From contig NC_043006.1 in assembly GCF_006345805.1 (NCBI RefSeq), forward strand, positions 18,538,001 to 18,602,000: a stretch of 64,000 nucleotides of DNA. The letters are read 5' to 3'. The position numbers were made by a program, and so were the translations under genes. This document shows positions 1 to 12,215 of this stretch, piece after piece (position 1 is the stretch's first letter; every line of letters starts with the position of its first letter). The DNA is from Octopus sinensis (taxonomy: Eukaryota). Under the pieces are notes generated by a model. It had not been told where the DNA came from. It made no database searches and worked only from the letters and a program-made list of their open reading frames with translations.

Positions 1-150
1 ATATATATAACATATATATATAATATAACTAATTTCAACGGATTTCGCCCAAATTTGACGTTTTTATTACTTAGTTTGGTTTGAAATAAAGAACTTGATT
101 AGCTTAATAATCGTAACTTAATCCCAGGCAAGGCCGGGTTATACTGCTAG
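1..150 (+). mobile_element. 3' end of a Helitron-like element (runs off the window start)
   Basis: GC hairpin cccaggc-aag-gccggg (123-138), then TTATACTG-CTAG (CTAG 147-150) and T. This is the canonical Helitron 3' terminus and matches the end at 27772-27799. Confidence 0.55.
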
Positions 151-172
151 TAATAATGATAATAACAACAAC

Positions 173-212
<40 letters not shown>

Positions 213-213
213 C

Positions 214-737
214 TGATCTTAACTGATTGGAAGTGTTATCATGTACATTGTTTTGTCTTGGTATAAAAGATGGGCTACAGTAAATACTCTGCTCAATACC
301 ACAGATTTGCTTATTAGTTGTTTGACCTTAACCAGTTGAGCATGTCCCTTAGTGGCTGACAATATGTGCCTCACTGATCCCAAGCTGAAGTAGTGGAGGA
401 GTATCATAGCCGTGTGTTGAAAGGAATTCTTGGAGGTTTGGATAATTCACCTTTGGAAACATGGGTGGTTCGTTCAACATCCTTAAACAATCCTTATTCA
501 GGGACCTTTTGAGCGGGATGGGCTACTCAAACAGAAGAAAATTCTAACTGGGCCCCACCCGCAAGGTCATGCGCTGTTTATCTTGATATGAGATCACCAT
601 GTTGCGCACATATGGTTGTGATACATGTGCCTGGTGTACCCTTATCAAACAGGTAGTCATGATGGGTATATTTTACTTCGTATATTTTACCCCAGTGTCA
701 CTTTGATGGCATGCACTGCTCTCTCACTCAATAATAA
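214..737 (+). mobile_element. Probable SINE/LINE-derived interspersed repeat (5'-truncated)
   Basis: Complex non-coding block between (AAT)n and an (AAT)n-like tail (ctctctcactcaataataat). Family not identified and single copy in the window. Confidence 0.35.
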
Positions 738-770
738 TGGTTTCAAAATTTGCCATGGTAGGAAATGTGT

Positions 771-1109
771 CAATTACATCAACTCCAGTGCTCAACTGGT
801 ACCTGATTTATCGATCCCGAAAGGGTGAAAGGCAAAATCGACCATGGCGGAATTTGAACTCAGAACGTAGCAGCTGACGAAATACCTATTTCTTTACTAC
901 CCACAAGGGGCTAAACACAGAGGGGACAAACAAGGACAGACATAGGTATTAAGTCGATTACATCGACCCCAGTACGTAACTAGTACTTAATTTATCGACC
1001 CCGAAAGGATGAAAGGCAAAGTCGACCTCGGCGGAATTTGAACTCACAACGTAACGCAGACGAAATACCGCTAAGCATTTCGCCCGGTGTGCTAACGTTT
1101 CTGCCAGCT
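771..1109 (-). mobile_element. Family C tRNA-derived SINE, compound/partially duplicated copy
   Basis: Matches 50928-51161 in reverse: ggcagaaacgttagcac...gagttcaaattccgccgaggtcgac...gtagtaaagaaatagg, with an extra partial unit at 771-885. Confidence 0.85.
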
Positions 1110-1668
1110 AATAAAGCGAAATAGAACCAGTGTGTATGTTTATAACTAGCATAATTTCTATCCCACCCCCACCGCATTCGAGATATAAGAAAATCCGTTT
1201 CAGTATGCAAGTTCACTTCAAGAATCTTGTAACCACTCACGTACACGCACACGCACACACATCCACCCCCCAACACTTAAAATTAACAAAAAATATATAA
1301 TGGCTTTATTTTTCAGTGTGATTTAGGTAAGTATCTTTCAATGCATTATTCCATTGCATTATTATTCTTGCTCTACTCTAACATTTTGTGCACAATGAAT
1401 TTATTATATAACCGAAAGCTGTATTAGAATATATATTCTGACACACACAACGTGTATTTCAGTTCATATATTTGTGGATATTGTTTATGACAAATATTAA
1501 TTTCTGTCATGTCATAAAGACTGAACATTGCCTTTTGTAATGTCTTGTTCAATTTCATTATACAATATGAGAGAATAACAAAGTACAACGAGCCAAGATC
1601 ATCAGCACACTCCTCTTAAAACATTCCGAAACAAATACCATTGTTCAAATTGTCCATATTTCCCTTTT

Positions 1669-2052
1669 GTGGAGGCGCAATGGCCAAGTGGTTAGAGCAG
1701 CGGACTCGCGGTCATAGGATCGCTGTTTCGATTCCCAGACCGGGCGTTTGTGAGTGTTTATTGAGCGAAAACACCTAAAGCTCCACGAGGCTCCGGCAGG
1801 GATGGTGGTGATCCCTGCTGTACTCTTTCACCACAACTTTCTCTCACTCTTACTTCCTGTTTCTGTTGTACCTGTATTTTCAAAGGGCCGGTCTTGTCAC
1901 TCTCTGTGTCACGCTGAATATCCCCGAGAACTACGTTAAGGGTACACGTGTCTGTGGAGTGCTCAGCCACTTGCACGTTAATTTCACGAGCAGGCTGTTC
2001 CGTTGATTCAGATCAACCGGAACCCTCGTCGTCGTAACCGACGGAGTGCTTC
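1669..2052 (+). mobile_element. Family A tRNA-derived SINE (~385 bp)
   Basis: Head with A-box-like tggcc(a)agtggttag and B-box-like gtttcgattccc; near-identical to four other copies in the window. Confidence 0.92.
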
Positions 2053-2445
2053 CTCTCTATCGTACTTACTATTTTCTCATGCTCTATACAGCCCTCTCCC
2101 TTATTATCTTTCCCTTTATTCTGTCTTTGCTTCTGTTTTTCACTATCTTTCTCTTACACTATATTACCATCTTTCTCTCTCTCCTTCTTACCGTATTTCT
2201 CTCACTGTCTGGCTCCGCTCTCTACAATCCTGCGGATATCCAGCACTCCCCTTTATCACTCTTTCCTCACGAGTGTAACAATGACCATGCGTGTCCAATA
2301 TTTATCCCTGTTCGAGTTGTACATCCGGTTAGGTTTTTGGTGCTTATGTCGTCTAACATCCCAAGCCATAGATTTCCGCATCATTCCTCGCAGCTGAAGT
2401 GCCCACTCAATCCATCCCCTATACCGCACTCACTATGGGGGCAGT

Positions 2446-2831
2446 GTGGAGGAGCAATGGCCCAGTGGTTAGGGCAGCAGACTCGCAGTCATAGGATTGC
2501 GGTTTCGATTCCCAGACCGGGCACTGTGAGTGTTTATTGAGCGAAAACACCTAAAGCTCCACGAGGCTCCGGCAGGGGATGGTGGTGATCCCTGCTGTAC
2601 TCTTTCACCACAACTTTCTCTCACTCTTACTTCCTGTTTCTGTTGTATCTGTGTTTCAAAGGGCCGGCCTTGTCACTCTCTGTGTCACACTGAATATCCC
2701 CGAGAATTACGTTAAGGGTACACGTGTCTGTGGAGTGCTCAGCCACTTACACGTTAATTTCACGAGCAGGCTGTTCCGTTGATTCGGATCAACCGGAACC
2801 CTCGTCGTCGTAACCGACGGAGTGCTTCCAC
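2446..2831 (+). mobile_element. Family A SINE with 11-bp TSD
   Basis: Full copy; TSD atgggggcagt at 2435-2445 and 2832-2842. Confidence 0.95.
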
Positions 2832-2915
2832 ATGGGGGCAGTAGCACTCAGGTAGCAGTATGTACCCCATACTTGTTTGCACTTTCCCCAATACCTCATT
2901 AATCATTACATTAAG

Positions 2916-2917
2916 AG

Positions 2918-2949
<32 letters not shown>

Positions 2950-2967
2950 AGAAGAAGAAGAAGAAGA
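2916..2967 (+). repeat. (GAA)n microsatellite
   Basis: Direct reading. Confidence 0.95.
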
Positions 2968-3792
2968 GTGAAGTGACTCTCTCTGGAACATTTGTAGAAG
3001 GGTGTGTGTGAGTTGCAAGAATGACCATATATGGGTATCTTCTCGAGCTGCAGTTGTAAATTGGAGAATAGAGATGGAAAAAGGGCATTAGCCCTTCGCT
3101 GTAAGAGTAATCGTTTATTTGTGGAGTTCTTTGATTGCCGCTGGTCGACTGGCCCTTTACTTAGAGGTTTCGTGTCATATATGTTTGTGAAGCCTAATCG
3201 TTCGAAAATCAGGAAAAAGTGCTTTGGTGCATTCTTTCCAACTCGACGCTCTGAGTTGAAATTACACCGAAGCCAGCTTTACCTTTCAACCTTACGGAGT
3301 TGATAAAATAAAGAACCAGTAAAGTACTACGGTCGATAGTGTCCACTAACACCGTCCCCTTAAAAGTGCTAACTCAGTGCCTCAAAGTTCTAGCTTTGTG
3401 CCTAAATTAGAAATCGGTTGATTTCTATGCCTAGTTTCTATACGCGATCCACGTCCCCGGCAGTTTTGTAACTTAAGATTGTAATGCCTGCTTTTTCTAC
3501 ATATCTGCTGTATTGTGTTTTTAGTTCACGATCGTGCACAGTTCTCGTTTTCAATGTTCTTTGTTATTATTATTATTGTCATTATTTATGTTATCAGGAT
3601 GAAGCAGAATAGCAAGATTATTATTTCCACAAGATATATTATGTTTAGTACAAAAGAGTGTGCGAATTCAGAGTTCATAAATAACGTTTGAGACATTACC
3701 TGAGAATATCTGTATGAATAATTGATAAGAAGTCGTTGACGGGAATTCATGCTAACAGTAGTGGCAATACGTATCTATATCTATATCTACCA

Positions 3793-3863
<71 letters not shown>

Positions 3864-3864
3864 A

Positions 3865-3936
<72 letters not shown>

Positions 3937-4010
3937 CCCTCTCTCTCTCTCTCTATCTATCTCCGCACACACACACACACACACACACATATATACATAT
4001 ATATATATAT
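3793..4010 (+). repeat. Compound microsatellite (ATCT)n-(CT)n-(CA)n-(TA)n
   Basis: Direct reading. Confidence 0.95.
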
Positions 4011-4109
4011 AACCCTCCTTCTTTCCTTCTTTCCTGAGCGTCCAATAATACTATATTGTTCCACGTCCTCGCGTTGTTGTGTTTTTGTGCTTTCTTGTTT
4101 GGATTAACT
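4011..4109 (+). mobile_element. Short Penelope-like terminal-repeat-derived element, 3' part only
   Basis: Near-identical to 57949-58050 (aaccct.cttctttccttcttt.ctgagcgtccaataatactat...ggattaact); flanked on both sides by (TA)n. Confidence 0.75.
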
Positions 4110-4110
4110 A

Positions 4111-4227
<117 letters not shown>

Positions 4228-5494
4228 TATATATATACATATACATATTATATATATATGTATATATGCATATATGTATATATGCATATATATATATATA
4301 CATATATATATATGTATGTACGTATCTATTATGCGTGTGTACGTATGTTTGTATGTGTGGGTGTGTGTACATATACATATATCCACAAAAACTCACCCGC
4401 ACACGCATATAAATATATACTTGTATGTATTGATGGACGGCAGGATGAGTTTGCGTGACAATAGTGTGTATGTATATGTGTATATATATGGAATGAATGT
4501 ATATCAACGGGTTTACATCAGGACAGATGACTGGTCACCAAATTACAAATATCAGCTTAATGATTATCTGCTAGCTGGCATTTTCAATTTGTCGATGGCT
4601 ATCTGTCACTAAGTGATGATAGCTCTAGTTTTTCTTTCTGTCTGTTTTCCCTTTATTTTCTTTGGATCTTGTGGTCAAGTTGTCAGATATAATCTCAAAG
4701 GTCTTCTTACTAATATTCTTGGTCTGTAAGATACAGTAAAAATCCGCAAATCGAGATAACTGGTAAATATTTGCGTTGGCAAAGACCTATCAATAATGCA
4801 TTCTACGATAAGTAAAGATCTTTTGCTAATAGCAGTGTAGAGCTTAACATTTCGATGATTGGAGGGAGAGACAGTATGAAAGTGAGAAGGTGGATGAAAC
4901 AGAGAGAGAGAGAGAGAGAGAGGGGGGAAAGAGAGAGCGGTCAGTGGCATAAAATGGGTCATGTTCTACTAGTTATGCCAGTTTGGTGAATGTCGACTGG
5001 AGCAGTAATTCATGATGCATACTGTACAATAGTATACATCATGAACTACTGATTCCATTTCCGATATTGCTAAGCATTGTTCAAGCCGTATAACAATTCT
5101 TTGTTGACGGAGGTTAAGGTTTCAAAAATATTTGTTACCATCTTCTTCTTGGTTTTGTTTTAATTTGAGTGGCTGTGTGGTAAGTAGCTTCTTACCAGAC
5201 AGACGTGCTGTTTTTTGCTCCGGCAAATGTCACGTGTTAACGTGAATTATTGAACATTTTACGGCAACAGGTAGGACATTTTGGGAGTTTTTGGAGGCAT
5301 AGTGAGGTTTATTGCTTGCCGTTAATACTTTTTTGGCATTAATGTTAATTAGTGTTAACACTTTTCTGCGCGTAATAAGCTTCACTTTGCCTCGGACGTA
5401 TTTGTTCTGCCTGTTGACATATTTATTGTCTCACCTTTTAGTGAGAATTGTGTGTTTTGAGAGGCATAGCCCCTCCTCAAAAATTAATTTGTTC

Positions 5495-5613
5495 GCTTGG
5501 ATTTACCACGGAGAACCAATTGTGCTTGGATTTACCACAGAGAACCAATTGTGCTTGGATTTACCACAGAGAACCAATTGTGCTTGGATTTACCACGGAG
5601 AACCAAGTGTGCT
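5495..5613 (+). repeat. 29-bp tandem repeat x4 in the 5' UTR of the gag-like element
   Basis: Unit gcttggatttaccac(g/a)gagaaccaattgt at 5495, 5524, 5553, 5582. Confidence 0.95.
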
Positions 5614-5777
5614 GCAACTGGAGTACCCTGTTTCGTGAGGATTACCAGTTGCAGAACTGTGTTGCCATTATTTGAACTGTCTTCCTTCGTCCTTTTCTCT
5701 GCTCTGTCTTTCTGTTCTGTCATTGTGTTTTTTTAATTTTTTTTAATTTTTTTATTTTTTATTATTGGACTTTTGTT

Positions 5778-6970
5778 ATGGCAAAAAAGGAGTTAACCAT
5801 ATGGGAGTTAACACCTCCGAAGGGTTACCTGAAGGAGCTGGAGGACAAAACCGTGGTGTTGAGGACTTATTCAAAGTCACTCAACACCATAATGGTTTTT
5901 CCGAAAGCCACTATTATGAACGAGCTGGCAGACTATATGCCAGCCGTTAAATACATTCAACGGGGAGCCAAATACGCAACGATTTGGTTGCTGTTTGACC
6001 CCCTAAAGAAGCTTGCAATTTCGCAAGCAAGCCATTGAGGGCGAAGAGATTTGTTTTTTCTCCCAAGCTACAAGGGAGAAAAATTAATAAGATTATGGGT
6101 CTGTGGCCTGCCACCCGGCTTTGAGCCCGAGTGGGTGGAAGATTCTATCCGCCGGGGTCTGAGTGGTGGTAGCGCCAAGATCCTGAACATAAGAATGCAG
6201 CCTGCGGCTGATTGGGAGGGGTCAAAGGCTACTTTGACTCTATGGACCCAGTCAGCCAAGAATCTGGTTTTGCCGGACTTTTTGAGGATGGCCGGGTCCA
6301 AGTATCCGGTGATGCTTGAGGGACGCCCCCCAAGTGTCACCTGTGTTTGGAGACCGGCCACATTAAGAAGAACTGCCCCAGGGACCAGAGTAGGATCCTG
6401 GAGAAGTTAATATCAGAGCCTCTCCCTGTCCCACCAATGGAGGCAGAGAAACAGGACGAGGAAGCGGTGGCTTCCTCAACAAGAAAACGAAAAGTGGGAA
6501 ACAATGGTGACCCACTAAAAGACCCGGAAGCTACGGGAGAAAGAGTGGACCCGGCGTGTGCAACGCCGGAACCTCAAATCCCGTGGCCCAGGGTAAAAAG
6601 AAAAAAAGAGAAGAAAAGAAACGGGACACGCCGCCAGCGGATTGTAACATGCAGACGGCGTCTCCCATGTGTCCTCCGGCGGTTGTGGGGCCGGAGAAAT
6701 ATTATGTGGTCCTCTTCCATAAAGGAGGTACACTAGAGAATGAAATAGGTAAGATGAGGAAGAGAAACCAATGAGAGGGACTTCGGTCCTGCATGGAGTA
6801 TCCCGAGTGGCCTTAGCAGCTGGCTGCGGAGGTCCTACTCGAAAATGATATGTGCAGGATCGAGAATTCTTTCCCGGAGGATCTCTTGCAAGTTATACCT
6901 ATATGCGGGGGCCTGACGAAGAACGATTGCGTCATTAAAGCAAAAGCGTTCATCGGTCAGGTAACGTGAA
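5778..6970 (+). pseudogene. Disrupted gag-like ORF1 with zinc knuckle
   Basis: MAKKELTIW...RLWVCGLPPGFEPEWV...LEGRPP then (one C missing in the C-run at 6326-6331) KCHLCLETGHIKKNC = C-x2-C-x4-H-x4-C. In-frame TGA at 6036 and further frameshifts; the 3' end is approximate. Confidence 0.75.
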
Positions 6971-7264
6971 CCTGTATTTGGGTTATATTGCGATAGAGGT
7001 TTATTGCCTCTGGAAAAACTTTTGAAATTGTAAATTGTAAAATTTGGAATTTTTTTTGAAATTTTTGAATTTTTGTAAAATTTTGGAAATCTTGTAAAAT
7101 TATTGGAAAAAAAAAAGAACATTGTTTTAGAGAAGCAAGAGTCGGCGGGCGCTTTTTGACTTCTCCCATCACCATCTTCATCCACCACGACCATCATCCA
7201 TTAATGTCTTTGTCCAGCCCGTAGCTACTCTGTGTGCTGCCCTAGTGGCAAAATTGTTGAAATA

Positions 7265-7659
7265 AAGTAGCTTGCTAACCAACCACATGGTTCTGGGTTC
7301 AGTCCCACTGCGTGGCACCTTTGGCAAGTGTCTTCTGCTATAGCCTCGGGCCGACCAAAGCCTTGTGAGTGGATTTGGTAGACGGAAACTGAAAGAAGCC
7401 CGTCGTATATATGTATATGTATATATATACGCGTGTGTGTGTTTATGCGTCTGTGTTTGTCCCCCTAGCATTGCTTGACAACCGATGCTGGTGTGTTTAT
7501 GTCCCCGTTACTTAGCGGTTCGGCAAAAAGAGACCGATAGTATAAGTACTGGGCTTACAAAAAGAATAAGTCCCGGGGTCGAGTTGCTCGATTAAAGGCG
7601 GTGCTCCAGCATGGCCGCAGTCAAATGACTGAAACAAGTAAAAGAAAAAGAGTAAGAGT
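7265..7659 (+). mobile_element. Family B SINE (body and tail; its head is at 5167-5197)
   Basis: ccacatggtt...cagtcccactgcgtggca...gcaagtgtcttct...ccagcatggccgcagtcaaatgactgaaacaagtaaaag; shared with nine other copies. Confidence 0.9.
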
Positions 7660-7798
7660 TCTTTGAATATTCGTGCTTTTAATTGGCTTAAAAAAATTTT
7701 TCAAATTGTGCGGAATTTGGATAATGTCCACCGAGTTAAATTTGTCAGGCCGTCGGCCCTGGTATAATTTGGTGAGGTGAAACATGTTTGAGGTTACT

Positions 7799-8065
7799 GA
7801 CTGTCACCTCCTTGGATCATTCAAACACCTTTCACGAGGTCATCGGTTTGCTATAGACGAAGAAGCGCAGGAAGCCGAAAACCTTCTTCGATGGAATGAG
7901 CGAGCTTGTGGATCGCTGGGAGAAGTGCATTGAAAAGCAAGGAAACTATGTCGAACAGTGACCTCTGCTTGATGTTTCTTGGAGCTAATGAAAACAGTGA
8001 CAACGTCCCTTCCAGGACAGCAATATTACGTAGGCAATTAACTTTTACTTTAAAGAACCGTTACT
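7799..8065 (+). mobile_element. Mariner/Tc1 transposase C-terminal relic plus degenerate 3' end
   Basis: DCHLLGSFKHLSRGHRFAIDEEAQEA / KTFFDGMSELVDRWEKCIEKQGNYVEQ* (stop 7959-7961), the typical mariner ...RWEKC...G(D/N)YVE terminus. Confidence 0.8.
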
Positions 8066-8129
8066 GAATGTCACTCTCTGAGAGATTTAGAAATAATAAT
8101 AATAGTAATATATATATATATATATATAT

Positions 8130-8367
8130 CGCGGTTTCGATTCCCAGACCGGGTGTTGTGAGTGTTTATTGAGCGAAAACACCTAAAAGCTCCACGATGC
8201 TCCGGCAGGGGGTGGTGATCCCTGCTGTACTCTTTCACCACTCTTTCTTCTGTTGGCCTGCTCGCTTAGCCAGCGGGGTGGCATCATTTGAAGGCTAATA
8301 CAATGCGAACGCATTGTGACCAGCGATGTGTAACAACATCTGATGGTCTGGTCGGTCACGTGATCAC
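8130..8367 (+). mobile_element. Family A' SINE (family A 5' half, different 3' tail), 5'-truncated
   Basis: Matches family A up to ctctttcaccac, then switches to ttctgttggcctgctcgcttagccagcggggtggc...ggtcggtcacgtgat. Confidence 0.85.
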
Positions 8368-8475
8368 TATATATATATAGTCGCCATGATAGATCGTTAG
8401 CCACTACCACATTTTTAACCCTCCTTGTTTTTTCTGTGTCCCTTCTTGTAGAAGTAGAAGAACGTAGATATATAT

Positions 8476-8515
<40 letters not shown>

Positions 8516-8887
8516 ACATACATACATACATACATACACATATAATCGAAATAAGCAACGGGATATCAAGTAGTAGTAATGCAGTACGACCGTTTCAAGC
8601 GACTCCATTTGATTGAACAATGCATCATACGTCTCCATAAAAAAGCAAACTTTGTTTGCTTACGTATATCGTAATTAATTAACAGCTAAGTTTACAACCA
8701 ATAGGTCAGACGTGGCACAAATTCCGACACAAACACCGATCCCGGACAAAACTTCATTGACCAAGCCCATACATATCTAAATAAATATGTACGTACACGC
8801 ATGCACACACACACATACATCTGTATGCACACTCACATATAAACTATGTACATAAATATGCTTATATGTCGGTGTACATATATGTTT

Positions 8888-9292
8888 AGTGGCTGTGTGG
8901 TAAGTAGCTTGTTTACCAACCACATGGTTCCGGGTTCAGTCCCAATGCGTGGTATCTTGGGTTAGTGTCTTCTTCTATAACCTCGGGCCGACCAAAGTCT
9001 TGTGAGTGGATTTGGTAGACGGAAACTGAAAGAAGCCCGTCGTATATATGTATATATATGTGTGTGTGTGTTTGTGTGTCTGTGTTTGTCCCCCCTAGCA
9101 TTGCTTGACAACCGATGCTGGTGTGTTTATGTCCCCGTTACTTAGCGGTTCGGCAAAAAGAGACCGGTAGAATAAGTACTGGGCTTACAAAAGAATAAGT
9201 CCTGGGGTCGAGCTGCTCGATTAAAGGCGGTGCTCCAGCATGGCCGCAGTCAAATGACTGAAACAAGTAAAAGAGTAAAAGAGTAAAAGAGT
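8888..9292 (+). mobile_element. Family B SINE
   Basis: Near full copy with (AAGAGT)-type tail. Confidence 0.92.
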
Positions 9293-9674
9293 ATATATAC
9301 ATATGCATATGTGTTTGTGTATACACCTATTTGTATATATGTATGTATTATCTATGTATGAGTCGTTGTATGTTGGTTTGGTATAAGATTATCGATTTCA
9401 ACTTGGCAAAGGAGACACTTCATCATCAATTTTTCCCTCATAAATGGACGCTCAAAAGTAATGACGCAGCAAATTACGCTGCTGAGGTTAAATGATGTGA
9501 AATGTATTCTTGCTGGTAAAGAATGCCTATAGGTTACCAAATTAGGACAATTATATTTATTTACGGTAGTAAAACTGCATGAAAAAAGACCACATATCAT
9601 AAATGCATATGCATACTTATAAAAATAATACGCATAAATACGTATGTAATCTAATGCCCCAAAATACATGCATA

Positions 9675-9719
<45 letters not shown>

Positions 9720-9865
9720 GAGTAGTTGAATGAATTATCTTATTATGGATTATTCGGTTAACCGATACCTGGGTAGCAAATTCACGTCAGAGAAACACGG
9801 TTGAAGCTACATGCCTAGGGCAGAGATCACATGCTATCGTGTGGAAAGTTGTGTGTTTTTTTTAA

Positions 9866-10166
9866 ATACAAATAAATGAAAGAATGGAGTTGAACGACGA
9901 ATTAACAAAATTCCTTTATTTTCGACATATGTTTCGAAGGCTGCATATTCCTAATATATATAGTATGGGCTCCGTGTGGGCAGTCATCTAAAAGTGTTTG
10001 TGCATCTTGATGCTGACATAAGTTCCTTGTTTTTCCTGATGAGAAGGCGGCATAATGCACCCCTTATTCCTTCGAAATTAGGAATATGCAGCCTTCGAAA
10101 CATATGTCGAAGATAAAGGAATTTTGTTAATTCGTCGTTCAACTCCGTTCTTTTATTTATTTGTAT
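9866..10166 (+). mobile_element. Inverted-repeat cassette (90-bp arms) carrying a hammerhead; Penelope-like terminal-repeat derivative
   Basis: Arms 9866-9955 and 10077-10166 are reverse complements with about 3 mismatches; followed by (TA)n. Confidence 0.8.
10021..10123 (+). ncRNA. Type I hammerhead ribozyme motif, canonical core
   Basis: Stem I ttttc/gaaga extended by agttcctt/aaggaatt; CTGATGA 10036-10042; stem II GAAGGC/GCCTTC; GAAA 10097-10100; palindromic stem III ACATATGT; GUC cleavage after 10108. Confidence 0.8.
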
Positions 10167-10195
10167 ATATATATATTATAATATAATATATATAT

Positions 10196-10265
<70 letters not shown>

Positions 10266-10401
10266 ATATATATTAAGGTATGTAGAAAAATACAACATGG
10301 AAACGTATAACTCTTAGAAGATGACACAATAAACATGGACAGGACATTCGAACCCCTCAGTCTTCAGTCAAGAACCGGATCATCGTAGTAATTTCGGCTG
10401 A

Positions 10402-10465
<64 letters not shown>

Positions 10466-10496
10466 TGTATGTATGTATGTATGTATGTATGTATGT

Positions 10497-10683
10497 TCCG
10501 GCAGGTGGGGGTGGCTATCCCTGCCATACTCTTTCGCCACAACTTTCTCTCACTCTTCCTTCTGTTGGCCTGCTCGCTTAGACAGCGGGGTGGCGTCATT
10601 TGAAGGCTAAAACAATGCGAAGCGCATTGTGACCAGCCATGTGTAGCAAAGTCTGATAGCCTGGTCGGTCACGGTCACGGTGA
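10497..10683 (+). mobile_element. Family A' SINE fragment
   Basis: Same tail as 8130-8367; directly follows (ATGT)n. Confidence 0.85.
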
Positions 10684-11667
10684 TATATATGTATGTACAA
10701 AACTAAAACATGCGAGGAGATATATTTACATGGATACACTAATACGGTGTATACAGATACAGAAACACACTTGCACACACAACTCTACATTATAACAAAT
10801 GCACGCACACAGATATATTGCTGAGGAAAACAAACTATAAACACACACAGAAATACGCTTATGGCTGTCTATCGAATTTGGGGATGACTATCTTTTTCAA
10901 TTTTGCATACTTTGAGGATTGTACCTCACATTCTGTCTCCTCCCTCAACAATTGAGTATTTGATGATTGTACTATTTGTTATGTAGCTTTGGCAAAGAAG
11001 ACACCATCACTAGAGTGATCGGAGAATAGGGGCCGCTACTTCCTATACTATACATACCATGTGCCTTCAAGAGCATTAAAGCTACAGTGCACTTGATACT
11101 CTGTCCTGCGCGGCAACAGTAATAAATACTCACCAAGATTCAAGATCCACGTTCCATATTGCACGAGAATATACCTATGTAACGTGACCTGACGATGCTA
11201 TCAAAGACTGAGCAGTTCCCCCGTATCACTGGATTCCCTATGCAGGAGATCGAATCTGTGTGAAGACTGATCAAGGGCGACGAGTGTCTCCTCAGCTGTA
11301 AGAAACTATCGAAAGTCCATTCCGTTGGAAGCCAATTTACCGCTGCCTCCTACAGCATGTTTCTCAGTGTGCAATCTCCTAGCTTTTGTCCTCCTTGTCC
11401 CAACCCAAAGCAAAAGGACAAAAGAGATACTCCATCCCACCAACAAGGAACCCTATCTATCGCTCTTTTAGGGAACTACTATCACCAGAATTTTGAGATC
11501 CAGCACATTCCAAAGTGGTCTTACAATGCGCTTCATCGTCATATGGTGTACTGCACACTGCTGCTATGGTGTCTAGAGGTTCACCTGGTTGAGGGAACCG
11601 GTTTAATCATTGGCAACTAGACCATGTAACCGGTTGTGATGAGGCTCTGAACACCACCACCACCACT

Positions 11668-11717
<50 letters not shown>

Positions 11718-11964
11718 CAACATCAAAACAACAATTATAAGGGCAACAATAAAAGCAACACCAGTTTGATAACACCAAGTCATACACGACGTACAATAGA
11801 GACACAATGATATTCACAGAAAAAAGAGCATAAAGATAGTCACAAACTTACACTTTTACACTCTTATACAGATTCACGCACAGACACACATACAGAAACA
11901 ATGCATACACACATACATGCGTACGTACGTACATGCATATATATCTATATCTATATATATATAT

Positions 11965-12076
11965 AACGTTAAAGACTTGTTTTATTTATATTTCCTGAGC
12001 GCCATACTAATACAATTGTTTGTTTGTTTTCCACCTGCCTTCGTCTTTTGTCTATTTTCATAAAGCTTCCCGTTAT
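11965..12076 (+). mobile_element. Short Penelope-like terminal-repeat-derived fragment in (TA)n
   Basis: Begins aacgttaaagac... and contains ttcctgagcgcca...taatac, paralleling 57942-58000; (TA)n on both sides. Confidence 0.5.
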
Positions 12077-12092
12077 AATATATATATATATA

Positions 12093-12124
<32 letters not shown>

Positions 12125-12165
12125 ATAAATGTACGTATATACGTATATATATATATATATGTACG

Positions 12166-12215
<50 letters not shown>

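Larger units (their letters stand above)
5198..7264 (+). mobile_element. L1/Tx1-like element apparently encoding only ORF1 (gag-like, CCHC knuckle), inserted in a family B SINE head
   Basis: Flanked by an imperfect TSD aagtagctt(g)ct(t/a)acca (5182-5197, 7265-7281). SINE head lies to the left and the SINE remainder to the right. No EN or RT motifs seen inside. Confidence 0.7.

Noticed and set aside
1669-1745. tRNA genes at SINE heads (also families B and C)
   Set aside because: A/B-box-like motifs continue into a shared SINE body and tail with TSDs; no complete cloverleaf or acceptor stem.
5495-5613. 29-bp repeat as a CRISPR array
   Set aside because: Units are directly adjacent with no unique spacers, there are no cas genes, and the context is eukaryotic.
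10338-10372. Minus-strand CTGAAGA...GAAT-GTC as a hammerhead
   Set aside because: GAAT instead of GAAA, and neither stem I nor stem II pairs; at best a decayed relic.
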